From NCBI GenBank assembly GCA_000091205.1, contig AP006489.2: 64,000 bases of DNA; one strand, 5' to 3'. How positions within the stretch are numbered: the stretch's first letter is position 1; the number at the start of each line of letters is the position of its first letter. The notes under the pieces were generated by a model, which was not told the DNA's origin, did not search any database, and was given only the letters and a program-made list of their open reading frames with translations. Shown one piece after another: positions 10,824-19,840 of the stretch. This DNA comes from Cyanidioschyzon merolae (Eukaryota). Both the position numbers and the translations under genes were made by a program.

Positions 10824-12722
10824 TTACGGCTCCATCATGTGCGGGTAGCGCCAGTCGTCAGGCGGTAGAAAACTTTCCTTGATGGCTCGTGCACTCGTCC
10901 AACGCAGTAAATTCAGCACGCTGCCGCTTTTGTCATTGGTACCACTCTGACGCGCGCCTCCAAACGGCTGCTGACCCACAATCGATCCGGTGCACTTGTC
11001 GTTGATGTAGAAATTGCCTGCTGCATCGCGTAAGCGATCCGTCAGGGCCATCACCGCGCTGCGCTCTCGAGCAAATATTGCACCCGTCAACGCATAATCC
11101 GTCCCGTACAGGGCGTGATCCAACGCTGACTCCATTTCAGTGTCCCGATAGACATAGACGGTGAGCACTGGACCGAAGATCTCCTCTCGCATGGTGACAA
11201 AATCGGGATCTCGGGTCTCGATCAGTGTTGGCTGGATGAAATAGCCGACACGATCGTCGCATGAACCACCGTGGATAATCTTCGCGACGGGATTCATTTG
11301 CTGTGACGCAGTCCGAGCTTGTTCAATGTAGTTTCGGATTCGCTCGAAGGCCTGGCGATTGATGACTGCAGACATGAAAATCGAGAAATCCTCCACTGGG
11401 CCCTGTTTGATCTGCTGCATCTCGCGAACCAGGCGATCACGCAGTGTTGGCCAGAGCGACGACGGTACGTACAATCGAGAGGTGGCCGAGCACTTCTGGC
11501 CCTGGTACTCAAAGGCTCCGCGGATGGTATGTGGTACGACCCAGTCCAGATCTGCGCTGGGGTGCACAAAGTGAAAATTCTTACCGCCGGTTTCGCCCAC
11601 AATGCGAGGGTAATTGCGATAATGCGGGAGGTTGCTCGCAACCTGTTGCCAAATCGTGCGGAATGTTCGCGTGCTCCCAGTGAAATGGACACCCGCCAGT
11701 GCTGGATGCTGGAGGCAGGCACGACTGAACGATGGTCCGTCTCCGGGAAGGAACTGGATCACACCCTCGGGGAGGCCCGCTTCCCGCAGAACCTGATACA
11801 CAAACCACGAACTCAGTTCGGTGTTCGGTGACGGCTTCCAAAGTGCCACATTGCCCATGATCGCCGGGCTGCTCGGCAGGTTCGCCCCTATCGCAGTAAA
11901 ATTGAAGGGGCTTATTGCCGCCACAAAACCCTCGAGCGGGCGCCATTCCAGCCGGTTCCAAACACCACGAGGAAAGTGCTCCGGCGGCTGCATATTGTAA
12001 ATCTCGCGCATGTACTTGACCCCGAAACGCCAAAAGTCTATCGTTTCGACCGCGGCATCGATTTCAGCCTGCCATACGTTCTTTGATTGGCCAAACATCG
12101 TTGCGGCATTGAGTCGATATCGATATTTTTGAGAGGCAAGTTCAGCAGCTTTTAGAAAGATAGCTGCACGCTCGTCGGCAGGCGTTCGACTCCAGCGCTC
12201 GCGAGCCTCCAATGCGCCCTGAATCGCTTTCTGTACCAGTTGGCCGTCGAGCGGGCGGTACAACGCAATCACTCGCCGGTGATCGTGAGGCATGACCTGT
12301 TCTACGGGTTCAGCATCATCAAAGTATTCCTTACCGTTGACAACGCAAGGTACACGAACGGGAAACTGGCTTTTCAGAGCTTCCAGCTCTGCTTTGAGCG
12401 CTGCCCGCTCCCTCGATCCGGGCGCATAGTGTTTGTACGTTTCGTTTTCGATTGGCGGAAGCTGTGCGTTTCCCAAAATATGTCCGAACGCATTCAGCGC
12501 TCCCACACTACCGACAGCAGCAGCACTTGGCGTCGGTGCATCAGCAACAGAGGTGCGAACCGTGCGATGCTGGAGCGCGCGCTTCGAAAGCTGCTCGGGC
12601 GCTGCTCGTCGCTGTTTCCATGCTTTGCCTGAAGTTGCGCTCAGTAACGCTCCGGGTAGTTGTAAGCGTGCTCCTAGATTGCGCACTTGGTAAATAGCAG
12701 GCATAACCTTTCCAAACTCCAT
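10824..12722 (-). CDS. P5CDH: Delta-1-pyrroline-5-carboxylate dehydrogenase (ALDH4 family)
   Basis: The N-terminal block NETYKHYAPGSRERAALKAELEAL is characteristic of P5CDH. ALDH catalytic regions FTGSTRTFRTIWQQVA, GETGGKNFHFVHPSADLD and EYQGQKCSATSRLYVP carry the catalytic Cys. 632-aa uninterrupted ORF. Confidence 0.88.
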   Translation of the reverse strand: MEFGKVMPAIYQVRNLGARLQLPGALLSATSGKAWKQRRAAPEQLSKRALQHRTVRTSVADAPTPSAAAVGSVGALNAFGHILGNAQLPPIENETYKHYAPGSRERAALKAELEALKSQFPVRVPCVVNGKEYFDDAEPVEQVMPHDHRRVIALYRPLDGQLVQKAIQGALEARERWSRTPADERAAIFLKAAELASQKYRYRLNAATMFGQSKNVWQAEIDAAVETIDFWRFGVKYMREIYNMQPPEHFPRGVWNRLEWRPLEGFVAAISPFNFTAIGANLPSSPAIMGNVALWKPSPNTELSSWFVYQVLREAGLPEGVIQFLPGDGPSFSRACLQHPALAGVHFTGSTRTFRTIWQQVASNLPHYRNYPRIVGETGGKNFHFVHPSADLDWVVPHTIRGAFEYQGQKCSATSRLYVPSSLWPTLRDRLVREMQQIKQGPVEDFSIFMSAVINRQAFERIRNYIEQARTASQQMNPVAKIIHGGSCDDRVGYFIQPTLIETRDPDFVTMREEIFGPVLTVYVYRDTEMESALDHALYGTDYALTGAIFARERSAVMALTDRLRDAAGNFYINDKCTGSIVGQQPFGGARQSGTNDKSGSVLNLLRWTSARAIKESFLPPDDWRYPHMMEP

Positions 12723-12867
12723 CGGTCCCCGTCTCTATACTTTGACTCGCCTTGCCTGAGAGCACTTTGGGCGGAATCGGAGGTGCAGCCTCTCCAAGCG
12801 ATATGCGCCAGACATCGTACTCGAGGCCGTCGTTGCCGCCGCCAGCGCCACCGCCAGCGTCTTCATA

Positions 12868-13327
12868 CACCGCTGATGTGTACCTCTGATGGGAAGCGTC
12901 GACAGTGGAACACGGAAGGAGGACGATGCATAATCGATGCTTCTGTATTCGCTGGTACGGTGCGTATAATCGGGGATCACTTACACCGCTGATGTGTACC
13001 TCTGATGGGAAGCGTCGACAGTGGAACACGGAAGGAGGACGATGGATAATCGATGCTTCTGTAATCGCTGGTACGGTGCGTATAACCGGGGATCACTTAC
13101 ACCGCTGATGTGTACCTCTGATGGGAAGCGTCGACAGTGGAACACGGAAGGAGGACAATGGATAATCGATGCTTCCGTATTCGTTGGTACGGAGCGTATA
13201 ACCGGGGATCACTTACACCGCTGATGTGTACATCTGATGGGTAGCGTCGACAGTGGAACACGGAAGGAGGACGATGGATAATCGATGCTTCTGTATTCGC
13301 TGGTACGGTGCGTATAATCGGGGATCT
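12868..13327. repeat. Tandem repeat, 116-bp unit x ~4 (caccgctgatgtgtacctctgatgggaagcgtcgacagtggaacacggaaggaggacgatg…), 150-600 bp upstream of the P5CDH start codon
   Basis: Unit starts at 12868, 12984, 13100 and 13216. The track ORFs 12905.., 13021.. and 13253.. all begin MEHGRRTM(H/D)NRCFC…, which are repeat artefacts. Confidence 0.9.
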
Positions 13328-13863
13328 CTGGTCTGTATGGAAACGTTCTGTCAAACAAATCGAAAAAATAGAACGCGGATCCGTTCGTCACTGCTCGTCG
13401 CGTTGTTCAGAATGCCGATGAGCAGGCGCAATGCGACACTACGGCATGCAGCGGGGATTCTGTTTTTCCAGCGGCATTCAGAGACACTCGCAACAACAAT
13501 AGCGTATGCTGGTAGACAGACTAGAAAACACAGATGTCGTTGGATGCGCAATCAATGGATCTTTTCTTCAGACGCTCCTGCTGCGCGCTGCACAAAACAG
13601 AAATCTTGCGTTTGTCGATGCCTTCGAGAGACGGCACCTGGCATGCCAGCTGCATGCTTGGCGCTGTGCCAAGCGCGCAAAAAAACGGGACCTGCAGTCC
13701 ATCAAGGTACAGAAGGGATCTTGTATTGTCAAGTGACAGGCATTTCTCGTGGAAAAACGCTCTTGCTCGAACACGTTCATCGAGACTCGTAACGATGGTG
13801 ATCGATGTGTTCACACCAAGTTGGCGCTCGCGCTGGATTCCCTGTTATGGACAGAGCGCAGAA

Positions 13864-14030
13864 CACGAGGAAAACTGCATATCGACAGATTTGGTCTGTA
13901 TTTTACCACCGCTTGGCAACGATCCATCAACGCGATGGTATAGTCGCGCACAATACGAGGAAAACTGCATATCGACAGATTTGGTCTGTATTTTACCACC
14001 GCTTGGCAACGATCCATCAACGCAATCATA
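13864..14030. repeat. Tandem repeat, ~93-bp unit x 2 (acgaggaaaactgcatatcgacagatttggtctgtattttaccaccgcttggcaacgatccatcaacgc)
   Basis: Two near-identical adjacent copies visible in the sequence. The peptide NTRKTAYRQIWSVFYHRLATIHQR is duplicated in track ORFs 13805..14086 and 13534..14031. Confidence 0.8.
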
Positions 14031-14456
14031 GAGTATGCAGCGTTCCTCATCTGGTTATCGGTGCTGCGTGCCGAGCTTCCGTATGACGGCGGCTGTAGCA
14101 ACATTCCAAAACCGAAATCCTTCCGTGGTGCATCAGTTGCAGTGATCCCGCCCAGTGTCGAACGCGCGGATCTGATTGTCCACCAAATATCTCCAAGTAC
14201 CATCCTCGCCGCCGTCATCCTCCTCGTCCACGTCCTTCTCGTCGTCGTCATCGAGAAACATTGTGGAGGTATCTACCAAACGACACAGCGGCAGAATCAC
14301 TGTACACACCTCTGAGAATCCCTTCGAGCAGTCTCGCTGACAGGCAGCGTCAACGCACCTGTCACGCGAGCTATACGTTTATGCACGCCATTTCAGCTGC
14401 CTTCATCCTGCCTGGTATGCTTCTCCGCCGATGCGGTGGCATTAGAGTCGAAGCTT

Positions 14457-16334
14457 TCAATAAATATTTCGACTGTAGAGGTAATGACGCCACTCGCGAC
14501 GATCCCACAGGTTTTCGATGTAATTAAGGATCGCTGCGTCCACATCGAACCCGACGAGATCCGTGGTGTTCACACACACGATCTTCGGCTCTGTGAGACG
14601 GGTGAGGCCCTCCTCCGGTGTCATGATGTAGCGGGGCGGCGTTTTAGCCTCTTCCCCTGTGGTGTTACTCCAGCATGACACCTTCAAGTTGAAGTGCTGC
14701 TTCATAAGAAGTCGAGTTCCTTCCTGCGGGATCTTCCGCTGATTGCGGTGCAAGAACATGACAGAACGTCCCATTTTCTCGAGCCGTGCAAGGACATGTT
14801 TCCGTGCCGATCCATTCGTGGCGAGCGCGGGTGTCCTGACCAGTTCCTCCGGAAACGGCCAGAATTGCAACATGCCATGACCCTGAAACAATCCGTGATC
14901 GTCGTAGAAGCCCACTGATCCCAGAGCTATCGGTGTAATTTCGGATGGCTCATGCAGCGCGAGCGCAGCTAGACGGTACGAGTCCTTGTCGCCGTACAAG
15001 TGCCGATAGAAAAAGTCTCGATGGTGGTACATGTACACGGCAAGCATCAAAGGGCGCCAAAAGCTTCGTTTGCGGTCGATATCACGCCGACGGAGCAGAA
15101 TCTGACCCGATTCGGAACCGCGCCTGTCCTCTATACGGATGCCACAGGCCTGCTGCTCGCTTCCAGGCTCCGTGTACTCTACGGTGCCTTCGTACTGGGA
15201 GCATGGTGGCGGCCCCAGGGCTTTCAGCATCGTTCGGTACGGAACCAGACGGCGATAATCTGACGGTTCAAAGAGGCCAAAATAATCGGTCCAGAAAAAT
15301 CCACCGATATCGCCAAGTCCAAATTTTCCAACGCCAAACAGACCGGTCGGGTCCAGCAATGGGATATTGTCACTGTCGAGAACAAGGATTTCATCGTACA
15401 TGCTCAGCACCATCGCAAATACCTTGAGTCCGTATCCCTCAATGTGCAGCTGTTGCGGACATGACGCATACCAGTTTCGGGTCGTAGCGGAGCCGTTCGC
15501 GCGCAGCTCATAAGCCCGTTGGGCAACCTGCTGAATATTTCGGAAGACAACGGGCGCGAACGTCTTTCGGACCCATGCTTCCAGACCAGGTGTAGGCGCT
15601 TCGCCGGCATCCTGGTAGAAGATCTCAACCGGCAGCCGGCATCCAGCACGATCTCGCAGGGCCTGCAAAGCCACGAGTCCTAGTTGCATGAGTCCGGGCC
15701 CTCCAGCTGGTATCACCACGGCCCTTGTAGCAGTATCCTTGCCGAGTCCGCGGCGCTGTGCTCGTGCTGGCTGAGGCGGCGGTGACGGTATGGCGGCCAT
15801 GAATGCCCTCCAGGCATGTGCATGCCCCCGTATGCGTTGCTCATCGTCGTCGCCCTGGCCTTCTGCGTGTTTCACGTAAACCTCGTGCGCGGAACAGAGC
15901 GCATTTTCAATACCGATCCAAACCTTGGCGAGCTCTGTCAACTCCTCAGTCGTCCAGGGCTCGGGCGCAAGCTCCCAGCCCGACAGGCCGCTGGGCACAA
16001 CTTTCGACGCATCCTCCGAGTCGCCCTCGGGCTGGGCACCGTGCGGTTCCAGTGGCGCCGAGCCGACTCCCGTGGGATGCTCCGGCGAATTCGCGTAGCT
16101 TTTGAAACGCTGCTGCGACCGAGACAGGGTCAAGTGAAACAAGAGCCCAAACAGGAGCAGACCACATAGCACGCCAAGGATCCTCTTCGTGCCCGGCGCC
16201 GTGTCCTGCAACAGCGTACCCCACTTGTTCCGTATTCCACGGAACCTGGAGGCAAGTCTCGGTGCCATAGTCACCGGCAAACCGTCAAGCTCCAAGCGCT
16301 TGGAAGTGACTAGTCCATCCCCCGCCGATGACAA
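14457..16334 (-). CDS. Type-II membrane glycosyltransferase (GT-A fold, DXD motif; Golgi-type; family not resolved, possibly alpha-mannosyl/galactosyl-transferase-like)
   Basis: The N-terminal signal-anchor ILGVLCGLLLFGLLFHLTL follows a short cytosolic tail. The ILVLDSDNIPLLDPTGLF DXD motif lies within a nucleotide-sugar transferase-like region. 625-aa ORF. Confidence 0.6.
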   Translation of the reverse strand: MSSAGDGLVTSKRLELDGLPVTMAPRLASRFRGIRNKWGTLLQDTAPGTKRILGVLCGLLLFGLLFHLTLSRSQQRFKSYANSPEHPTGVGSAPLEPHGAQPEGDSEDASKVVPSGLSGWELAPEPWTTEELTELAKVWIGIENALCSAHEVYVKHAEGQGDDDEQRIRGHAHAWRAFMAAIPSPPPQPARAQRRGLGKDTATRAVVIPAGGPGLMQLGLVALQALRDRAGCRLPVEIFYQDAGEAPTPGLEAWVRKTFAPVVFRNIQQVAQRAYELRANGSATTRNWYASCPQQLHIEGYGLKVFAMVLSMYDEILVLDSDNIPLLDPTGLFGVGKFGLGDIGGFFWTDYFGLFEPSDYRRLVPYRTMLKALGPPPCSQYEGTVEYTEPGSEQQACGIRIEDRRGSESGQILLRRRDIDRKRSFWRPLMLAVYMYHHRDFFYRHLYGDKDSYRLAALALHEPSEITPIALGSVGFYDDHGLFQGHGMLQFWPFPEELVRTPALATNGSARKHVLARLEKMGRSVMFLHRNQRKIPQEGTRLLMKQHFNLKVSCWSNTTGEEAKTPPRYIMTPEEGLTRLTEPKIVCVNTTDLVGFDVDAAILNYIENLWDRREWRHYLYSRNIY

Positions 16335-17028
16335 GCATCAGAGGCATGACGCTCGCGGGAAGGCGACCCCGCGGGACGTATCGACCTCTACGTCCCCGGT
16401 TTCCGACGCGGGTACGGATCGCGGCGGCAGCGGCGGCGGCAGCGGCATATCCGTTGCTGCACCGAATTCTGGCATCGATCCGTGGTCAATCTAGACGTTT
16501 TGTCATATGGAAAACGATCCGTTGCTGCGGCAGTAGCGTCGACGGCACGCGCTTGGCGTCATCAGACGAGGTGTTTAGCGGCGCTGGAGAGCGACGACGG
16601 CTGCGACCCTTGCTATCCCCTAGTGCTAGCAGCGCCAGCAGCAGCAGATCGACTCCTGCGGGCTGCGCCCTACGACGCTTCCCATCGACACACAAACACA
16701 CAAACATACCCACACATTCACACAGATACCCAAATCCAGGTACAAAGCGAGAGTCTGAGATACAAGTCGTACGTTCCCTGTTGTCGTTGTGCGAGGCTCA
16801 CCTGCGCGCACCAGGCCAGCAGGCCCGACCGCGCGCTCTACTACTATGGCGGGACATGCTGCATCATGAATGCTCGCTCCGATACCAGTGTCTGTCGCAT
16901 CATCGCGTATCTGTACGCTGTGATGGAACCCCGTGCCCGCAACCCAGCGCAACTGCGAATGCGTACGGTCTACCCGGACACGCACCGTCAGGAACGCTTA
17001 TGGATAATATGGAACCAAAACATACCAT

Positions 17029-19431
17029 TTGATCCCATTTAATCCAGTCCATCGGTGCAGCGTCTCCCGATCCACCACATCGATGGCTGGTATCCAGGAG
17101 CCGGAGCTGGTGCGGCTTTTCTCGCAGAAGCACCACGACACTGGCAGCGCTTGTCCTGATCGAGTTCTGATCGGAAGCAGGCGTGTCAGCATGCGACGTA
17201 GTCGGGGAAAGTCCGCAAGGCGAAGCCGCAAGCTGGAGCCATGGGAGCTGTCCAGCGACGACGATGAAGACGGTGCGTTGGCGTCGGGTTCAGGCGACAG
17301 CGATGAGAGCTTTGCGAGTGTTTCGGACACAGAGCGTGCGCGTGCTGTGAACCAGGTATCGACAGAGACCTCTGGTCGTGCGATGCTACGGGGCAAACGA
17401 GTGTCTGGCGCAGCTGCCGCTGGATCCAGCACGGACGACGCTGGCACGCTCCAGGACCCTGAGAGCAGAGTGAAGCGGCAGCGCGCGGCGCGTCCCAAGG
17501 ACGACCGACGGACCGGGAGCGACGCGGATACGGACAACCTGGTAAACGCTGACACCGCCGCTGAGAAGGCCAAGGAAGCGTCGACTCAGGACCTGAGCGA
17601 GCTGGAAGATATCGAAACGGAACCCGAATTCGACGACGGCTACGACGCCGAGGGTTACGGCGATGAACAGGATCGTGCGCACCTCCTCTCCCTGACGGCA
17701 GTCGAACGGGAAACCATTCTTGCAGAGCGCTTCGAGCGCCGACAGAGGGAGTACGAAGCATACTTGTTCCGAAAAGCGCTTCGTGAGCGCCGGCGTGCCG
17801 CCATCGACGCTCGAAAGCAGCAGCGGGATGCCTCCAGTGCTGACAAGGCAACGCTTGCCGAACGTGAAAGAGCGAAAAAGAGAACCCGCAAACAGGCTTT
17901 AGATGCCTTAGCACAAGCAAAGAGGCGAGATAAATCGTCTTCTCGGAGGCGTGCCAGCGATAGCGAGGCATTATCGCAGGCGTCGGATCTCGATGAAAGT
18001 GACTGGAGTGCAACACATCCGCCGGGGCTCTCGGAGACCGACTCGGTATCCGACATGCCCCACGGTACCGATGAAGAGGAGGATGGTGCTCAGCGCCGTC
18101 GCCGTGGCACCCTGCCCGTTTCGGCTAGCGCGAGCGTTCAACGAAGAACTCCCGTAGAGCGTTCCCACGGCCTGTTGTCGAAGACCATGACATTCGCGGA
18201 CCTGGTAGATCCACAGACCGGAGCACCGTCACCGCTTGTGTTGACGCGCGGACTTGTGGAACGATTCCATCAGAAGCCATGGTTCACTCGGTTTGCTCTG
18301 GGTTCGTTCGTGCGAGTGCCGTTACCGCCCACAGCAAGCGCGAATGCCACGTCGTCGACACCACAGCAACTGCAACAGTACGTTTTGGCGCGTGTAAGTG
18401 CGATCCTGAAGGCACCGAGGCTGTACCCGGTACCGTCGACGCAGGTCGTCGAGGGCGGGCGCCCCGCACCGCCATTCAAAGTAGGGTTTCGGATTCAGGC
18501 AGAGCTCTGCGGTCGTCAAAGGCGCTTTTCGGTTGATCAGCTGTCACGGCACGCTCCATCAGAGCTCGAGTGGTTGCACTACGAGAAACGTCACCAGGAG
18601 CAACGCCTGCCGCTCCCGTCTCGAGATGAGGTCGAAGCGCTGCGAGCCGAGAAGCTCGCGTTCATGCGAGGCGAGATCCCTGCGACACCCGAGGAGATTG
18701 CCGATTTCCAAGCCGAGTTTGAACGTCTTCACCCCGAAGCCGTGAATTATGCTCGTCGTATCACACAGGTACGGGCGCAACTGGCGCACGCTCAGGAAGC
18801 AGGCGACATGGAGAAGCAAAACGCGTTGGCGGCAGAACTGGAGCGCTTGGCGGAACTCGAGACTCGTTATGGACAGCGCCCGCGTGAGGGCTCGTCCAAC
18901 GAACAAGTACGTGATATGCTGCTATCGAGAAGGCATCATATGCCGTCGACAGAGTCCAAGTTCACACCACAGCGTCCAGCTCCGGAAGCGGAACTCCCGC
19001 TGGCAGCCTCGCTCATGCTGCTGAAACGCACTGTCGAGGAGCAGAACGCTGTGGAGCTGGATCCTTTCGCGCGTCGCGTCGCGCGGGGCACGAGTTACTT
19101 CTTCACACCCAGCAAAGCGACGTCCTCTGAGGCAGCCACCGACGCAAGTGCATCGCTCGAGTCGGAGACCAGGCGGAGCATCGGTGCTACCGGGCAACCG
19201 CCACCGCCTCCGCCTCCGCCTCGTGAAGCGAATATCCCAGCGAACGCACATCGCGCAGAGGCCTTGCGGGAACTCATCCCTCAAATAGAGCGTTGGCTAT
19301 GGTATGGCCCGCTTTTGGAGCCTTTACGCAATGTCGAATTATCATCGGCTGATGAGGATGTGTTCCTTGCTTCTCGCGCGCGCTTTGAGCACCTTCGACG
19401 CGCCCAGGGCGATGCGTCTGTCGCGCTCTGA
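17029..19431 (+). CDS. Rtf1-like Paf1-complex protein (Plus3 domain) with an acidic/Ser-rich N-terminus
   Basis: LTAVERETILAERFERRQREYEAYLFRKA resembles the Rtf1 HMD region. TRGLVERFHQKPWFTRFALGSFVRVPL resembles the Plus3 domain. There are extensive charged low-complexity regions and a poly-Pro tract (PPPPPPPP). 800-aa ORF. Confidence 0.55.
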   Translation: MIPFNPVHRCSVSRSTTSMAGIQEPELVRLFSQKHHDTGSACPDRVLIGSRRVSMRRSRGKSARRSRKLEPWELSSDDDEDGALASGSGDSDESFASVSDTERARAVNQVSTETSGRAMLRGKRVSGAAAAGSSTDDAGTLQDPESRVKRQRAARPKDDRRTGSDADTDNLVNADTAAEKAKEASTQDLSELEDIETEPEFDDGYDAEGYGDEQDRAHLLSLTAVERETILAERFERRQREYEAYLFRKALRERRRAAIDARKQQRDASSADKATLAERERAKKRTRKQALDALAQAKRRDKSSSRRRASDSEALSQASDLDESDWSATHPPGLSETDSVSDMPHGTDEEEDGAQRRRRGTLPVSASASVQRRTPVERSHGLLSKTMTFADLVDPQTGAPSPLVLTRGLVERFHQKPWFTRFALGSFVRVPLPPTASANATSSTPQQLQQYVLARVSAILKAPRLYPVPSTQVVEGGRPAPPFKVGFRIQAELCGRQRRFSVDQLSRHAPSELEWLHYEKRHQEQRLPLPSRDEVEALRAEKLAFMRGEIPATPEEIADFQAEFERLHPEAVNYARRITQVRAQLAHAQEAGDMEKQNALAAELERLAELETRYGQRPREGSSNEQVRDMLLSRRHHMPSTESKFTPQRPAPEAELPLAASLMLLKRTVEEQNAVELDPFARRVARGTSYFFTPSKATSSEAATDASASLESETRRSIGATGQPPPPPPPPREANIPANAHRAEALRELIPQIERWLWYGPLLEPLRNVELSSADEDVFLASRARFEHLRRAQGDASVAL

Positions 19432-19840
19432 CTCGGTCGGGTCCGCTGGCTGGGGGCAAATACCAGTGATGTGCCCGGGACGGTCTGCTGCAACTGGCGA
19501 CTGTCGTGCTGCGGCTCGTGATCCAGGGTGTACGCTGGCAAGCGCGAGCGTGCGCTTGGAACACTAGAAAAAAGAGACAAGTTCGTGGTGTGCCCGTCGA
19601 CGCCGTGCGTGAAACGTTGCGCGTCTCATGCGCTTGTCCGCCAACCACAGCGTTGCTGCTGCGTTTTCGAGCAGCATTGGCGACCTGGTGCACTCATGGT
19701 CACATGATTAGACGCGGTACCTGGTCGGTAGCGCAGGTCACTGGTTTGGGAATGCCGTCCGCGTTTCTTCTTGTCGCGATGGACGTCACCGCAGCACGGT
19801 AAAAGCACGAACCCTCGGATCTGGGCGCCCAAGGCCGATT

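Noticed and set aside
11294-12033. Several 70-170-aa ORFs inside or antisense to the P5CDH gene (11294..11722-, 11319..11831+, 11581..12033-, 12240..12632+)
   Set aside because: They are nested within an unambiguous 632-aa ALDH-family ORF and are GC-rich frame artefacts.
12855-13330. Possible CRISPR array (regular direct repeats)
   Set aside because: The units are contiguous tandem copies with no unique spacers. The DNA is eukaryotic (LINE, intron-free nuclear genes, organellar presequences) and no cas genes are present.
17186-18056. 276-aa and 133-aa ORFs antisense to the Rtf1-like gene
   Set aside because: Arg/Ser/Pro-rich antisense translations of a highly charged coding region; no motifs.
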